The notes under the pieces are model-generated. The model saw only the letters and a list, made by a program, of their open reading frames with translations. It was not told the origin of the DNA and searched no databases. Shown here piece after piece: positions 53,101 to 63,695 of a stretch of DNA of 64,000 nt. The DNA lies in NCBI GenBank assembly GCA_964016885.1, contig OZ024742.1, forward strand, positions 272,738,001 to 272,802,000, written 5' to 3'. Every line of letters begins with the position of its first letter. Within the stretch, counting starts at the first letter, position 1. The stretch comes from Eledone cirrhosa. Taxonomy: Eukaryota. The position numbers and the translations under genes are program-made.

Positions 53101-54731
53101 TTTGTGACAATAGCCATTGCATCCTGATAGCGAATGTTCATATATATCGGGCCGCCGATGAACGACGATGGCAAAATTATGCGTCGGCCAATTTGCTTGT
53201 AATTTGCATCATCGGCTGTTATCGCATCCTGCATATTCAGCTCTAATATGTTGCTGATGTATAGCTATATCATTTAGCCTTTGATTTTCGATCTTTGCGA
53301 ATGCCATACAAGAGTATTCCTGGAACAATCTGCTGGCTTGAAATAGTGCATTTCTCTGTTGATTCCTCTCGTTCAAATGGAACGCGTAAAAGTCGCGAAT
53401 CGAATTATTGTGTCTATTGCCACCTCCCTGTTGATTTTAATTATCATGATCATCTAAATGAACAAACACTTTCCATCCATATTCACATTTTGGGAATACA
53501 AGAACATAATATAATGGATCGTATGCTCTATTTGACTCATTGATAGTCTTGAGACCACCATCTCTGCGATTGAGGACGTCATCTCTCGATCCAGGCTTAT
53601 CGTCCATCAACACAGCAACTTCACGAAATCCTTCAGGGGCATTATATCGCCGTTCGTGTTGATTCCTTGGCACTGCGTCAGCCTTAATCACCAATGTTTC
53701 CTGCTGAACATTTTGCTGTTCAGCCACCAACATGAAATCCATAACATAAGGATTATACTGTCTAAGCCATGATTGCAAATCACGGATCAAATCACTTAAC
53801 CATTGTCGTTCAAGTTCAGTTGTATTTCCTGGCAACTGCATCCAACCAATTCTGATATCCTCCTCCGAGTCACTATAATCTTGATCGTTAACATAAATTT
53901 GAGCGAATCGAGGCCTCTCGCCAGGGGTAACTTCTAAATTACTGATACAATGATACAGACGGCTTTAAATGTCTACATTCGGTTGCCATGCTCCACTCTC
54001 AATCATCTCAATAACTCTCTGCGATGCTAAAGCTAATGAATTGTTAATTTGCCGCGAATATTTGCGCAGTATCCTACCACGGTCTCCTTGATCACCCCAC
54101 ATACTTATTATTTTCAACTCCGGTGACTCCTCATCATCCGGCATTCGCAATGATTCCAGTTGAACTGCTCCTTTATGACAGCAAATTGTGGTCCACGTCT
54201 TGTCATGCCTCCAAAGCAATACTCCACAATGTGGACACACTGCTCGTCCACCAATCTGAAAATGACACGGTTGCCATGATCCATTTTTAATATCATTTGT
54301 TCGCCTTCTAGCCTCTTTACTGGAATGAGGAGCACTTTGGCGACACATTCTCTGAACTTCTGTATTGCGCTGGCGCTGTTCAGCCAGCTCCTCTACATCC
54401 ATCGCAGCACGCTGTTTCTGCTGAATTCTGGGCATCTGCTGATGATGCTCAGCCAATTCGTTTTCAACCATCGCAGCACGCCGTCGCTGCCTAGCTCGAT
54501 TGTTTCCTTGGCGTTGTTCAGCCAGCTCCTCTTCATTCATGGCGGTACGTCTTCGACTCTAAAATCCGACGTTCCGATGGCGCTGTTCGGCCCGTTTTTT
54601 TTTTCATTGCTGGCTGCACGCCGTCGCGGCTGTAGTTTACTGTTTGATAAAGTCGAATTGCTTTTATTATCAGTATTCATTTCGTCAATTGTCAAAAAAT
54701 GACAATAATAAATATAAAAGTTGTCCGCCAA
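50112..54731 (-). pseudogene. Helitron Rep/PIF1-helicase (RepHel), multiply frameshifted
   Basis: Zn motif CPHCGVLLW...CCHKG. Rep motifs FGKPDLIITVTCNPEW, YVIESQK/RGLPHAH (HUH, split by a frameshift), KYLFKYVSKGHD. PIF1 motifs GGTGK, SGIAATLL, LIIWDEAPM, LCNGTRL, RRQFPV..AFSITVNMAQGQT, QLYVDASRV. Confidence 0.93.
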
Positions 54732-55470
54732 TATAAAGAAAGGTCCTCATTTACTCCCTTCACAACTCTGTGTATGTTAGACTGACAGATAAGCACACAG
54801 ACATATAAACTGCGTGCCGATTGTGGAACGCCACACACATACACGCATAGAAACGCGTACACGCACGCAAACTTACACACGCACACACTCACACATGTTG
54901 ATAATTTTTAATTTGTGTGGAACGCTGCACGCACGCACACACATACACATACGCGCACGTACATAAAAACGCACATATGTTAATAATTATTGCTTTCCTT
55001 CCCCTCTTATTTCCACACACATCACACACACACATGCCTCTACACTTACACATATACATAGTGTATATAAATTGACACAATAATAAATATAAAAGTTGTC
55101 CACCAATATAAAGAAAGTTCCCTATTTACACCCTTCACAACTCTGTGTATGTTAGACTGACAGACAGGCATACAGACAGATAAATTGCATGGCGATTTTG
55201 GAACGCCGCACGTACACACACGTACACGCATGGAAACGCGCACACGCACGCAAACTTACACACGCACCCGTGCTCTTACACACACGCGCACACTCACACA
55301 TATTGATAGTTTTTACTTTTTGTGGAACATTGCACGCACACACACATAAACATACGCGCACGTACATACACACGCCCACATGTTAATAGTTATTGCTTTC
55401 CTTCCTCTCTTATTTCCACACACATCACACACACACATGTCTCTACACTGACACATATTCATAGTGTATC
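54700..55470. repeat. Tandem duplication of about 375 bp with (CA)-rich core, upstream of RepHel
   Basis: aatataaaagttgtcc(g/a)ccaatataaagaaag at about 54711 and 55087, colinear downstream. Confidence 0.8.
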
Positions 55471-56294
55471 CAACACAGCGTTCACATTGCCTCTCTGTTT
55501 CTTACTCTCTCCTCTCACTCCCTCATTGGCATTATGCATATTAATTTAAGCTTGGCGTCGTTGGGGTGGGCGGAGTCGTTTGAAACCTATGAACCAATGA
55601 TAATCGAGAATTATGACACACGGAATACTGACATTGTTGAAATTAATATATATATGTACGATAAACAATATAACTTCGCTATATTAAAATATTCTGAAAA
55701 CATTTTCAAGGTTGGAACAAAAGATTCCAATCTACAAATTATTCACCTCTTACAACTTGAACCTCCCGTTTTTTAATGTAAAATGCGAATCAACACCCTT
55801 CGTAACTCATATTAGAAATGTAAACAACTAATAATTGTAAATTCTTTCTATTTCTATATTGCAAAATTATTAGTCTATATAGATAATTATATACTTATAA
55901 CCTATTGTAATGTAATAAGATAAAATACATTTACAACCATAATTCTTCATATAATCTAATTGGTTATATATACAATATTATACCTCATAATATAGCTAAA
56001 TAAATTTAAATTCTGGGATCATATTCCACCATTCCCCCAAATTGTTAATTATTTTTAAATTAACGTAATACAAGCTCTTCTTCCTTTTTCTTCTACCTAC
56101 TCATACATTTAAATTCTGCACAGCGTCTAAAATAATGTTTGTTTCAGCCCTATACCTCTACCTCATTTGCATACTCATCTTAATAATTTGAAATATCTGA
56201 CTTTTCTTCTCTTATACCTTTACTATCCAAGGAAAACTAGAACCGGTAAGGCATTTTTTCTTGGTTATGTCAACATTTATAAAAAATAATTTGT

Positions 56295-56336
56295 ATTTTA
56301 TCTGATGATAAAGTACCCTTGAAATATATATAATAG

Positions 56337-56339
<3 letters not shown>
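56295..56339 (+). ncRNA. Candidate type I hammerhead ribozyme
   Basis: AUUUUAU-CUGAUGA-uaaaguacccuu-GAAA-UAUAUA-UA-AUAGAAU. Stem I 7 bp (one G.U), palindromic stem III, weak stem II; followed by (TA)n. Confidence 0.55.
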
Positions 56340-56382
<43 letters not shown>

Positions 56383-56387
56383 TATTC

Positions 56388-56424
<37 letters not shown>

Positions 56425-56428
<4 letters not shown>

Positions 56429-57851
56429 CCTCGTCCCATCCAGCCCACACCAGACTTTCTATACCCCAGTCCGAATTCCACCGTCTTTGAGGGCTCTGCA
56501 TCCGGGATATGATGTTGAGATACCGTCTCAACTCATGGCTTCCCGCTTGATCCAGCATAGATATCTTCCTGCCTTACTCGCGCCCGTAATACCAACCACA
56601 CGAGAGACCTGTCACCTCCCATAAGCATTCCTTTCCCCCTAACCAACCACCCGTCTATATCAGCACTACGTCGCCTCATTCTTCATTGATTCCGAATCTT
56701 GTTTTCGACCCCGTCAATTCTCGCTTCTTTCCCAACCCGCTTATAACTGCGTTTAAGCACGCCTGTAATCGCCGTGATCTTTTTGTGCACAGTTTTGCCC
56801 CTAAGGACACATCCTTGCTCCAGTCCTTCTTTGAGCCCACGCTGTAAAACCTGTCCCTACATCACCAGCCTCAACTCTTTCACAGGTGGGAACAATTCCT
56901 TTCACATTCGCCTCTCATTCACTTGCACCTCCACCAACGTTGTCTACGAACTCCAGTATTCCCTTCGTGGGTCTATGTATATAAGACATACAGACCAACG
57001 TCTGGCGGATCGATTCTTCGCCGAAGATCTTAGAGACATATAACTAGGTAAAGAAACTCCTGTCGCTCGTCATTTCCGTTTCGCCACCCACTCTACTCAA
57101 AAGCTTACTGTCGCAGGCCTCCTATTGCACAACGATACCACCACCACTCGCACCAAGACCGAGCATTACTTCAGTTTCCTCCTTGGAACCTTTTCTCCGT
57201 TTCGACTCAATCCTCCCCTCACACACAAACACACCCTCATTTACAACATCCGTACTTATATACCATTCTACACACTTACTTCGGTACACACCTGACCATC
57301 CAACCTACACGTTCAGATTCGTGCACGCGTATGTGCACCCAACTGAACACAATACTGGCACACTTTCCTGCGCTCACATCCATATGTGCTTGATTCTCTT
57401 CCACACTCTCCGATTTCGAGTGGCACCCTGTGCCGCGACAGTGGGGTCGTCGGTGGTGAATGTTTCCTAACATTTACTCCGTCCCCACGACTTTCAGGCT
57501 CCATCCACGCAGTTACTGACATCACACCTTGCAGCTTAGCCGTTTAACGTTTGCAGCACTGTATCGTTGTATGCGAAGTTATGCAACTTCTCTTACACAC
57601 ATACCAGGTAATGAAATATACCGGCCACAACTTCTTTCCCTATTCTTTTGGCTGCTGCTATGTGTGTGTTTATGTACGTATATGTTGAAATTCATATACA
57701 TTCCTACACAAGCCCTCACATCGGTGGGCATCTAGCTTGTCACTCTCTCAACAGCCAGCTTTTGACGCTTCAAGACTTCTTTAAACATACGAACACACAT
57801 TCACGCCCACGCACACGCAAACACGCCCACACCATCACCACCACCATCTCC
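56425..57851 (+). mobile_element. Penelope-like element 3' fragment (GIY-YIG), interrupted by the MULE; probably continues at 63275 to about 63590
   Basis: PRCKTCPYI...SFHIRLSFTCTSTNVVYELQ...MYIRHTDQRLADRF (Cys motif plus decayed GIY-YIG). Confidence 0.8.
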
Positions 57852-58128
57852 GACACACCGACAATTCCGGGCAGGACAATTCAGCGCCGACAATTCAGCG
57901 CCAACAATTCAGCGCATGACAAATTAGCGCAAAGACAATTCAGCGCAAGGAAGCAAATACGAGGACAATTGAAGAAAAGGAATAACGAAATTAGATTTTG
58001 AGTTTAAACACTTTATTGACAGACAATAATTAAAATAAAAGATTTATTGAAATAGCATACTAAAATAATATATATTTATAGAAATATGAATACCAAAAAA
58101 TTTTTTTCATAGAAATATTAATAATAAT

Positions 58129-59514
58129 TTACTTCTGTAGTTCAATTTGGTAACTTAGAGTGCGCAAGTACTCCAACTTATCGGCTCGATTTCCATACTC
58201 AGTCACTAACGTCGTTATTGCTTTATGAGTCCTTTGATATTTTGATTGTTTGGAGACATCCTCGTGTCCAGCTCTGGTTCTTAATATCCATTTCTCTGTA
58301 ATATATTGTTCTAGTTTGAGAAACTCTACAAACTTATAAATGGTTGGGTGGTTATGACCCAATGATAATTGAAGACTTTGGTGCCACCCTTCTAAAAAAT
58401 TGTTGGTCCTTGGTAGGTCTCCTCGAACGGGATCAAAAATACTCCAGAATTCAAGTATAAAAATGGCATCCCTTCTACGACGGCGGAAGGGACGGCCAGT
58501 CCATGTATCTTCGAAATAATTTGTTAATTCTTCCAATTCCTGAGGCATAACATCTTGCAAAGAATCAAATACTCCACAAATATCGTCAATTGGCACAAAA
58601 GCTAAAGCTACTAATATCCTTACAGTATCCACGAATATGTTCCTCCCTTATATAAGGCTGAGTAAGATTTAAATACTGGATTTTCCTCCATACGCTCTGA
58701 ACGAGGTGAAAAAAGCAATCACTTATTTGCGTGGTTTCAAAAACAGTTGTAAATGCATTTTAGAATGCTTTTCACAATCACAGAGCATAGTATCAGGCTT
58801 CAGATCCGGGTATAAATTCAAAATAGTCCTTAATTCTCTCTCACATGATTCCTCTGTTTCATTGTGCAATAGTATATATATCACTTGAAAAACACGTCCT
58901 TCACAAAGCATATGCATAACATAAAGTTGGTAGAAAAGGCGCGAGGCTACTCTAAATGTACAGTCTGCAAGCTAGTTTTTGTATTCTTTAAGGTGTTCAA
59001 TATTTTTTTCAGTCAAAAATATCAACATTCTTTTGGTATCGTCACTGCCGGAATCGTGCAATAAAAAAGGTTCGCCACTGTGTGTTACACGCAAATGTTC
59101 AGGTAATACAATATCACTAACATTATCAGGTGCTGGAATTGACTCAACATCTCGTTTTCTACGGCGCTGAATACTTCGTTGCAATGAAGTATTCATAGGG
59201 AGTAAAATTGTAGCTTCATCTGGCAAAGAGACTTGAGCCTCTTGGATAATTCTTCTCGGGACATCATTAGATACACCAGCTCGTTCACGAATGTTTGAAA
59301 CCATCTGCTTCATCCTTGATACTGCTGGCTGCGGCACATGGGTATGTGTTGTAATATCTTCCCATAAACTTTCATTAACAAGGATACGACCCTTGCATTT
59401 ATCTTCAGTACAACGCCAAGACTCTTTTCGATTTCTAAGTTTTCTATCAAAACGATAGCAGAATCCATTTAATAAAATGTGCGCTAGTCCTTTCTCTGAT
59501 AATATCCGCTCCAT
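58129..59514 (-). pseudogene. FLYWCH + MULE DDE transposase, disrupted by a stop and frameshifts
   Basis: FLYWCH-like LLNGFCYR...SWRCTEDKCKGRI...HTH. MULE motifs *LADCTF..FYQLYVMH (DGTF equivalent), MLCDCE, CFFHLVQSVWR (CxxH), RTNNFLEGWH (catalytic E). Confidence 0.9.
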
Positions 59515-59639
59515 AGGGCTCGTTTTTTAGTCTTAACTTGGTAAACGTTTATAACCAACTGGATTCCTAAAAAGGAAGTACCACAAATGTGTGGTTCTAT
59601 ATAAATGGATTTGGTGTGTTTGTGGATGGGTGGGGTTTT

Positions 59640-60060
59640 AATATGTGTAGGAATGGGGGAGTGTTTAAAACGGTTGGTGGTAGTAGTGAGTTGAGATAGC
59701 GAGTGGAAAATCCTTTATTCTGTTTTCCTACTGAGAAACTAACCACACACGCACACACGCACGCGCGCACACACACACACAAATTCGTTTTTGGTACTAA
59801 AAATTGCCAGTGACACTTTCTTTTGAACAAAAGAATCCAAGCTTAAATGACCCAAACAAGTTGTACCCCCTAATTCGCTGCTCACAAATACACCTTCTGA
59901 AAACATTCTTCTTGAATAAAAGAATTCTAAAATTGACCAAAACACATCACACCTGCTGTGTATATATATTTTTTATTTGCCCCCACACCCAACCCACTCG
60001 CTATCTCAACTCACTACTACCACCACCTGCTTTCAACACTCCCACATTCCTACACATATT
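59640..60060. repeat. Inverted repeat pair of about 65 bp inside the MULE
   Basis: aatatgtgtaggaatggggg...gagttgagatagcgagtgg (59640-59706) against ccactcgctatctcaactc...cctacacatatt (59994-60060). Confidence 0.8.
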
Positions 60061-60192
60061 CCTCTTAAGAAAAAACTTCGCTTAAGAATTACATCTCAAG
60101 CTCTCTTTAAAAATTTCAAATTGTAAACCTTTGGATTTTTGAAGAAAATAAATTATTTGGAACCAAAAGTGATGTCATTCTATTTCCTTTTT

Positions 60193-60282
<90 letters not shown>

Positions 60283-60510
60283 TATGTATGTATACGTACA
60301 TACATATATGTATACAGACGTAAAATAACATGCATATATATATATATACATATATACATACAGGTACACAGACATATATGTACGCATAAGTTTAGCGGAC
60401 GCTTATTATAGCGCCCGCTTTGTTCATTTGTAAACAAACTGAACAGCCTGAATTTATGCCGCACGGTGTTAAGGCAACCACGTCACCTTTTTGTTCAACA
60501 CTGACACAGG

Positions 60511-60555
60511 AACGATGTACTAGTTTCAAGCTTGTTAGCTATCATCAGCACCGTT
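60511..60555 (-). ncRNA. Type I hammerhead ribozyme (inverted unit)
   Basis: Reverse complement of 60699-60743. Confidence 0.8.
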
Positions 60556-60698
60556 TACGCATCTGCCAGATAGTTGAACGTTCGAAAGTATATACTTTCC
60601 TTATGAAAATTAACGGTATGCAAATTAGGCTGCTCAGCCGTTAATTTTCATAAGGAAAGTATATACTTTCGAACGTTCAACTATCTGGCAGATGGGTA

Positions 60699-60743
60699 AA
60701 CGGTGCTGATGATAGCTAACAAGCTTGAAACTAGTACATCGTT
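60699..60743 (+). ncRNA. Type I hammerhead ribozyme, unit 1
   Basis: AACGGUG-CUGAUGA-U AGCU aaca AGCU U-GAAA-CUAG-UA-CAUCGUU. Stem I 7 bp (one G.U), stem II 4 bp, palindromic stem III ACUAGU, GUA cleavage predicted after 60736. Confidence 0.82.
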
Positions 60744-61158
60744 CCTGTGTCAGCGTTGAACAAAAAGGTGACGTGGTTGCCTTAACACCGTGCGGCATAA
60801 ATTCAGGCTGTTCAGTTTGTTTACAAATGAACAAAGCGGGCGCTATAATAAGCGTCCGCTAAACTTATGCGTACATATATGTCTGTGTACCTGTATGTAT
60901 ATATGTATATATATATATATGCATGTTATTTTACGTCTGTATACATATATGTATGTACGTATACATACATACTTACATTTATGTAAGTGCCGTACTAAGA
61001 GTGAGAAATGAAATTTCGTTTTCATTTTATTACAACTCATCGTTTTCGGTGCGCCTGACCGATTTAACTCACTCGATGTGCAAATTAGGCTGCTCAGCCG
61101 TTAATTTTCATAAGGAAAGTATATACTTTCGAACGTTCAACTATCTGGCAGATGGGTA

Positions 61159-61203
61159 AACGGTGCTGATGATAGCTAACAAGCTTGAAACTAGTACATC
61201 GTT
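61159..61203 (+). ncRNA. Type I hammerhead ribozyme, unit 2
   Basis: Identical motif; predicted cleavage after 61196. Confidence 0.82.
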
Positions 61204-61669
61204 CCTGTGTCAGTGTTGAACAAAAAGGTGACGTGGTTGCCTTAACACCGTGCGGCATAAATTCAGGCTGTTCAGTTTGTTTACAAATGAACAAAGCGGG
61301 CGCTATTATAAGCGTCCGCTAAACTTATGCGTACATATATGTCTGTGTACCTGTATGTATATATGTATATATATATATATGCATGTTATTTTACGTCTGT
61401 ATACATATATGTATGTACGTATACATACATACTTACATTTATGTAAGTGCCGTACTAAGAGTGAGAAATGAAATTTCGTTTTCATTTTATTACAACTCAT
61501 CGTTTTCGGTGCGCCTGACCGATTTAACTCACTCGATGTGCAAATTAGGCTGCTCAGCCGTTAATTTTCATAAGGAAAGTATATACTTTCGAACGTTCAA
61601 CTATCTGGCAGATGGGTAAACGTTCGAAAGTATATACTTTCGAACGTTCAACTATCTGGCAGATGGGTA

Positions 61670-61714
61670 AACGGTGCTGATGATAGCTAACAAGCTTGAA
61701 ACTAGTACATCGTT
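61670..61714 (+). ncRNA. Type I hammerhead ribozyme, unit 3
   Basis: Identical motif; predicted cleavage after 61707. Confidence 0.82.
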
Positions 61715-62129
61715 CCTGTGTCAGTGTTGAACAAAAAGGTGACGTGGTTGCCTTAACACCGTGCGGCATAAATTCAGGCTGTTCAGTGTGTTTACAAATG
61801 AACAAAGCGGGCGCTATTATAAGCGTCCGCTAAACTTATGCGTACATATATGTCTGTGTACCTGTATGTATATATGTATATATATATATATGCATGTTAT
61901 TTTACGTCTGTATACATATATGTATGTACGTATACATACATACTTACATTTATGTAAGTGCCGTACTAAGAGTGAGAAATGAAATTTCGTTTTCATTTTA
62001 TTACAACTCATCGTTTTCGGTGCGCCTGACCGATTTAACTCACTCGATATGAAAATTAGGCTGCTCAGCCGTTAATTTTCCTAAGGAAAGTATATACTTT
62101 CGAACGTTCAACTATCTGGCAGATGGGTA

Positions 62130-62174
62130 AACGGTGCTGATGATAGCTAACAAGCTTGAAACTAGTACATCGTT
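62130..62174 (+). ncRNA. Type I hammerhead ribozyme, unit 4
   Basis: Identical motif; predicted cleavage after 62167. Confidence 0.82.
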
Positions 62175-62589
62175 CCTGTGTCAGTGTTGAACAAAAAGGT
62201 GACGTGGTTGCCTTAACACCGTGCGGCATAAATTCAGGCTGTTCAGTTTGTTTACAAATGAACAAAGCGGGCGCTATAATAAGCGTCCGCTAAACTTATG
62301 CGTACATATATGTCTGTGTACCTGTATGTATATATGTATATATATATATATGCATGTTATTTTACGTCTGTATACATATATGTATGTACGTATACATACA
62401 TACTTACATTTATGTAAGTGCCGTACTAAGAGTGAGAAATGAAATTTCGTTTTCATTTTATTACAGCTCATCGTTTTCGGTGCGCCTGACCGATTTAACT
62501 CACTCGATATGCAAATTAGGCTGCTCAGCCGTTAATTTTCATAAGGAAAGTATATACTTTCGAACGTTCAACTATCTGGCAGATGGGTA

Positions 62590-62634
62590 AACGGTGCTGA
62601 TGATAGCTAACAAGCTTGAAACTAGTACATCGTT
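62590..62634 (+). ncRNA. Type I hammerhead ribozyme, unit 5
   Basis: Identical motif; predicted cleavage after 62627. Confidence 0.82.
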
Positions 62635-63088
62635 CCTGTGTCAGTGTTGAACAAAAAGGTGACGTGGTTGCCTTAACACCGTGCGGCATAAATTCAGGCT
62701 GTTCAGTTTGTTTACAAATGAACAAAGCGGGCGCTATAATAAGCGTCCGCTAAACTTATGCGTACATATATGTCTGTGTACCTGTATGTATATATGTATA
62801 TATATATATATGCATGTTATTTTACGTCTGTATACATATATGTATGTACGTATACATACATACTTACATTTATGTAAGTGCCGTACTAAGAGTGAGAAAT
62901 GAAATTTCGTTTTCATTTTATTACAACTTATATATATATATATATATATATATGACATCACTTTTGGTTCCAAATAATTTATTTTCTTCAAAAATCCAAA
63001 GGATTACAATTTGAAATTTTTAAAGAGAGCTTGAGATGTAATTCTTAAGCAAAGTTTTATATATATATGCAAAACAAAACGATATATA

Positions 63089-63149
<61 letters not shown>

Positions 63150-63632
63150 TTATATATCGTTTTGTTTTGCATTGTAGTTGCGCTAAATTGTCGTTGCGCT
63201 AAATTGTCATGCGCTGAATTGTCGGCGCTGAATTGTCTGCGCTGAGTTGTCCTGCGCAGAATTGTCGGTTCACGACCATCTCCACATGCACGCATACTCA
63301 CTATACTTTAGTTATCTCCCTTCCTAAACCTCTTTTATGACGAACATACCACTCACCAGCCACTCTCGAATATGGCCGATTGAATACGATTGAATTCTTT
63401 TATCTCATTTTCTTCATTCTTTCATCTCATCTCTCATTACATTATATTTATCTTATATTTCTTACTCTATTTTCTGAAGAAGTAGTTTACAAAACGCTAA
63501 CAATCTCTTCCTGATCGTTCATGCGTTAAACTCAAATATTTCTTCCATGTACCGTGTCGTGTGTTTTGTTGTATTTGTCGTTTGTGTTTACCTTTTACAT
63601 ACACACACACAGAGTCACGCATACACACACAC

Positions 63633-63695
<63 letters not shown>

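Larger units (their letters stand above)
48999..55660 (-). mobile_element. Autonomous-type Helitron, decayed
   Basis: 3' CTAG|T at 48999-49002 with subterminal hairpin tacccagcttcgcccgggta (49009-49028), plus a RepHel pseudogene. 5' end uncertain. Confidence 0.8.
60279..62928 (+). mobile_element. Tandem array of 460-bp hammerhead-containing units (retrozyme-like): one inverted partial unit plus five direct units
   Basis: Unit starts near 60620, 61080, 61540, 62051 and 62511, differing by only a few substitutions. 60279-60616 is inverted against 60638-60975. (TA)n on both sides. Confidence 0.9.
60068..63058. repeat. Inner inverted repeats of about 110 bp bracketing the (TA)n tracts and the 460-bp array
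   Basis: gcttaagaattacatctcaagc...ggaaccaaaagtgatgtcat (about 60080-60178) is the reverse complement of about 62951-63050. Confidence 0.9.
57852..63274 (-). mobile_element. Mutator-like (Phantom-type, FLYWCH-MULE) DNA transposon with foldback-type TIRs and 9-bp TSD
   Basis: TSD accatctcc at 57843-57851 and 63275-63283. TIRs of about 95 bp are built from 13-15-bp subrepeats GACAATTCAGCGC (57858-57948 against 63178-63268). Confidence 0.9.

Noticed and set aside
57858-57948. Short regularly spaced repeats GACAATTCAGCGC resembling a CRISPR or iteron array
   Set aside because: No unique spacers, eukaryotic context, and mirrored at 63178-63268; they are MULE TIR subrepeats.
60279-62928. Array as a pure assembly artefact
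   Set aside because: Units carry distinct substitutions (ctataata versus ctattata, cgatgtgc versus cgatatga or cgatatgc) and a unique 51-nt insertion, and the inverted arm is not identical to its neighbour. Copy number should still be checked with long reads.
60420-62991. Repeated 64-85-aa ORFs in the 460-bp units (MFICKQTEQPEF..., MRHKFRLFSLF...)
   Set aside because: They recur only because the DNA is repeated; mostly non-ATG starts, present on both strands, no recognisable domain.
63470-63505. CTGAAGA...AAAAC motif at the end of the interrupted Penelope fragment
   Set aside because: GAAA is mutated and stems I and III cannot be drawn.
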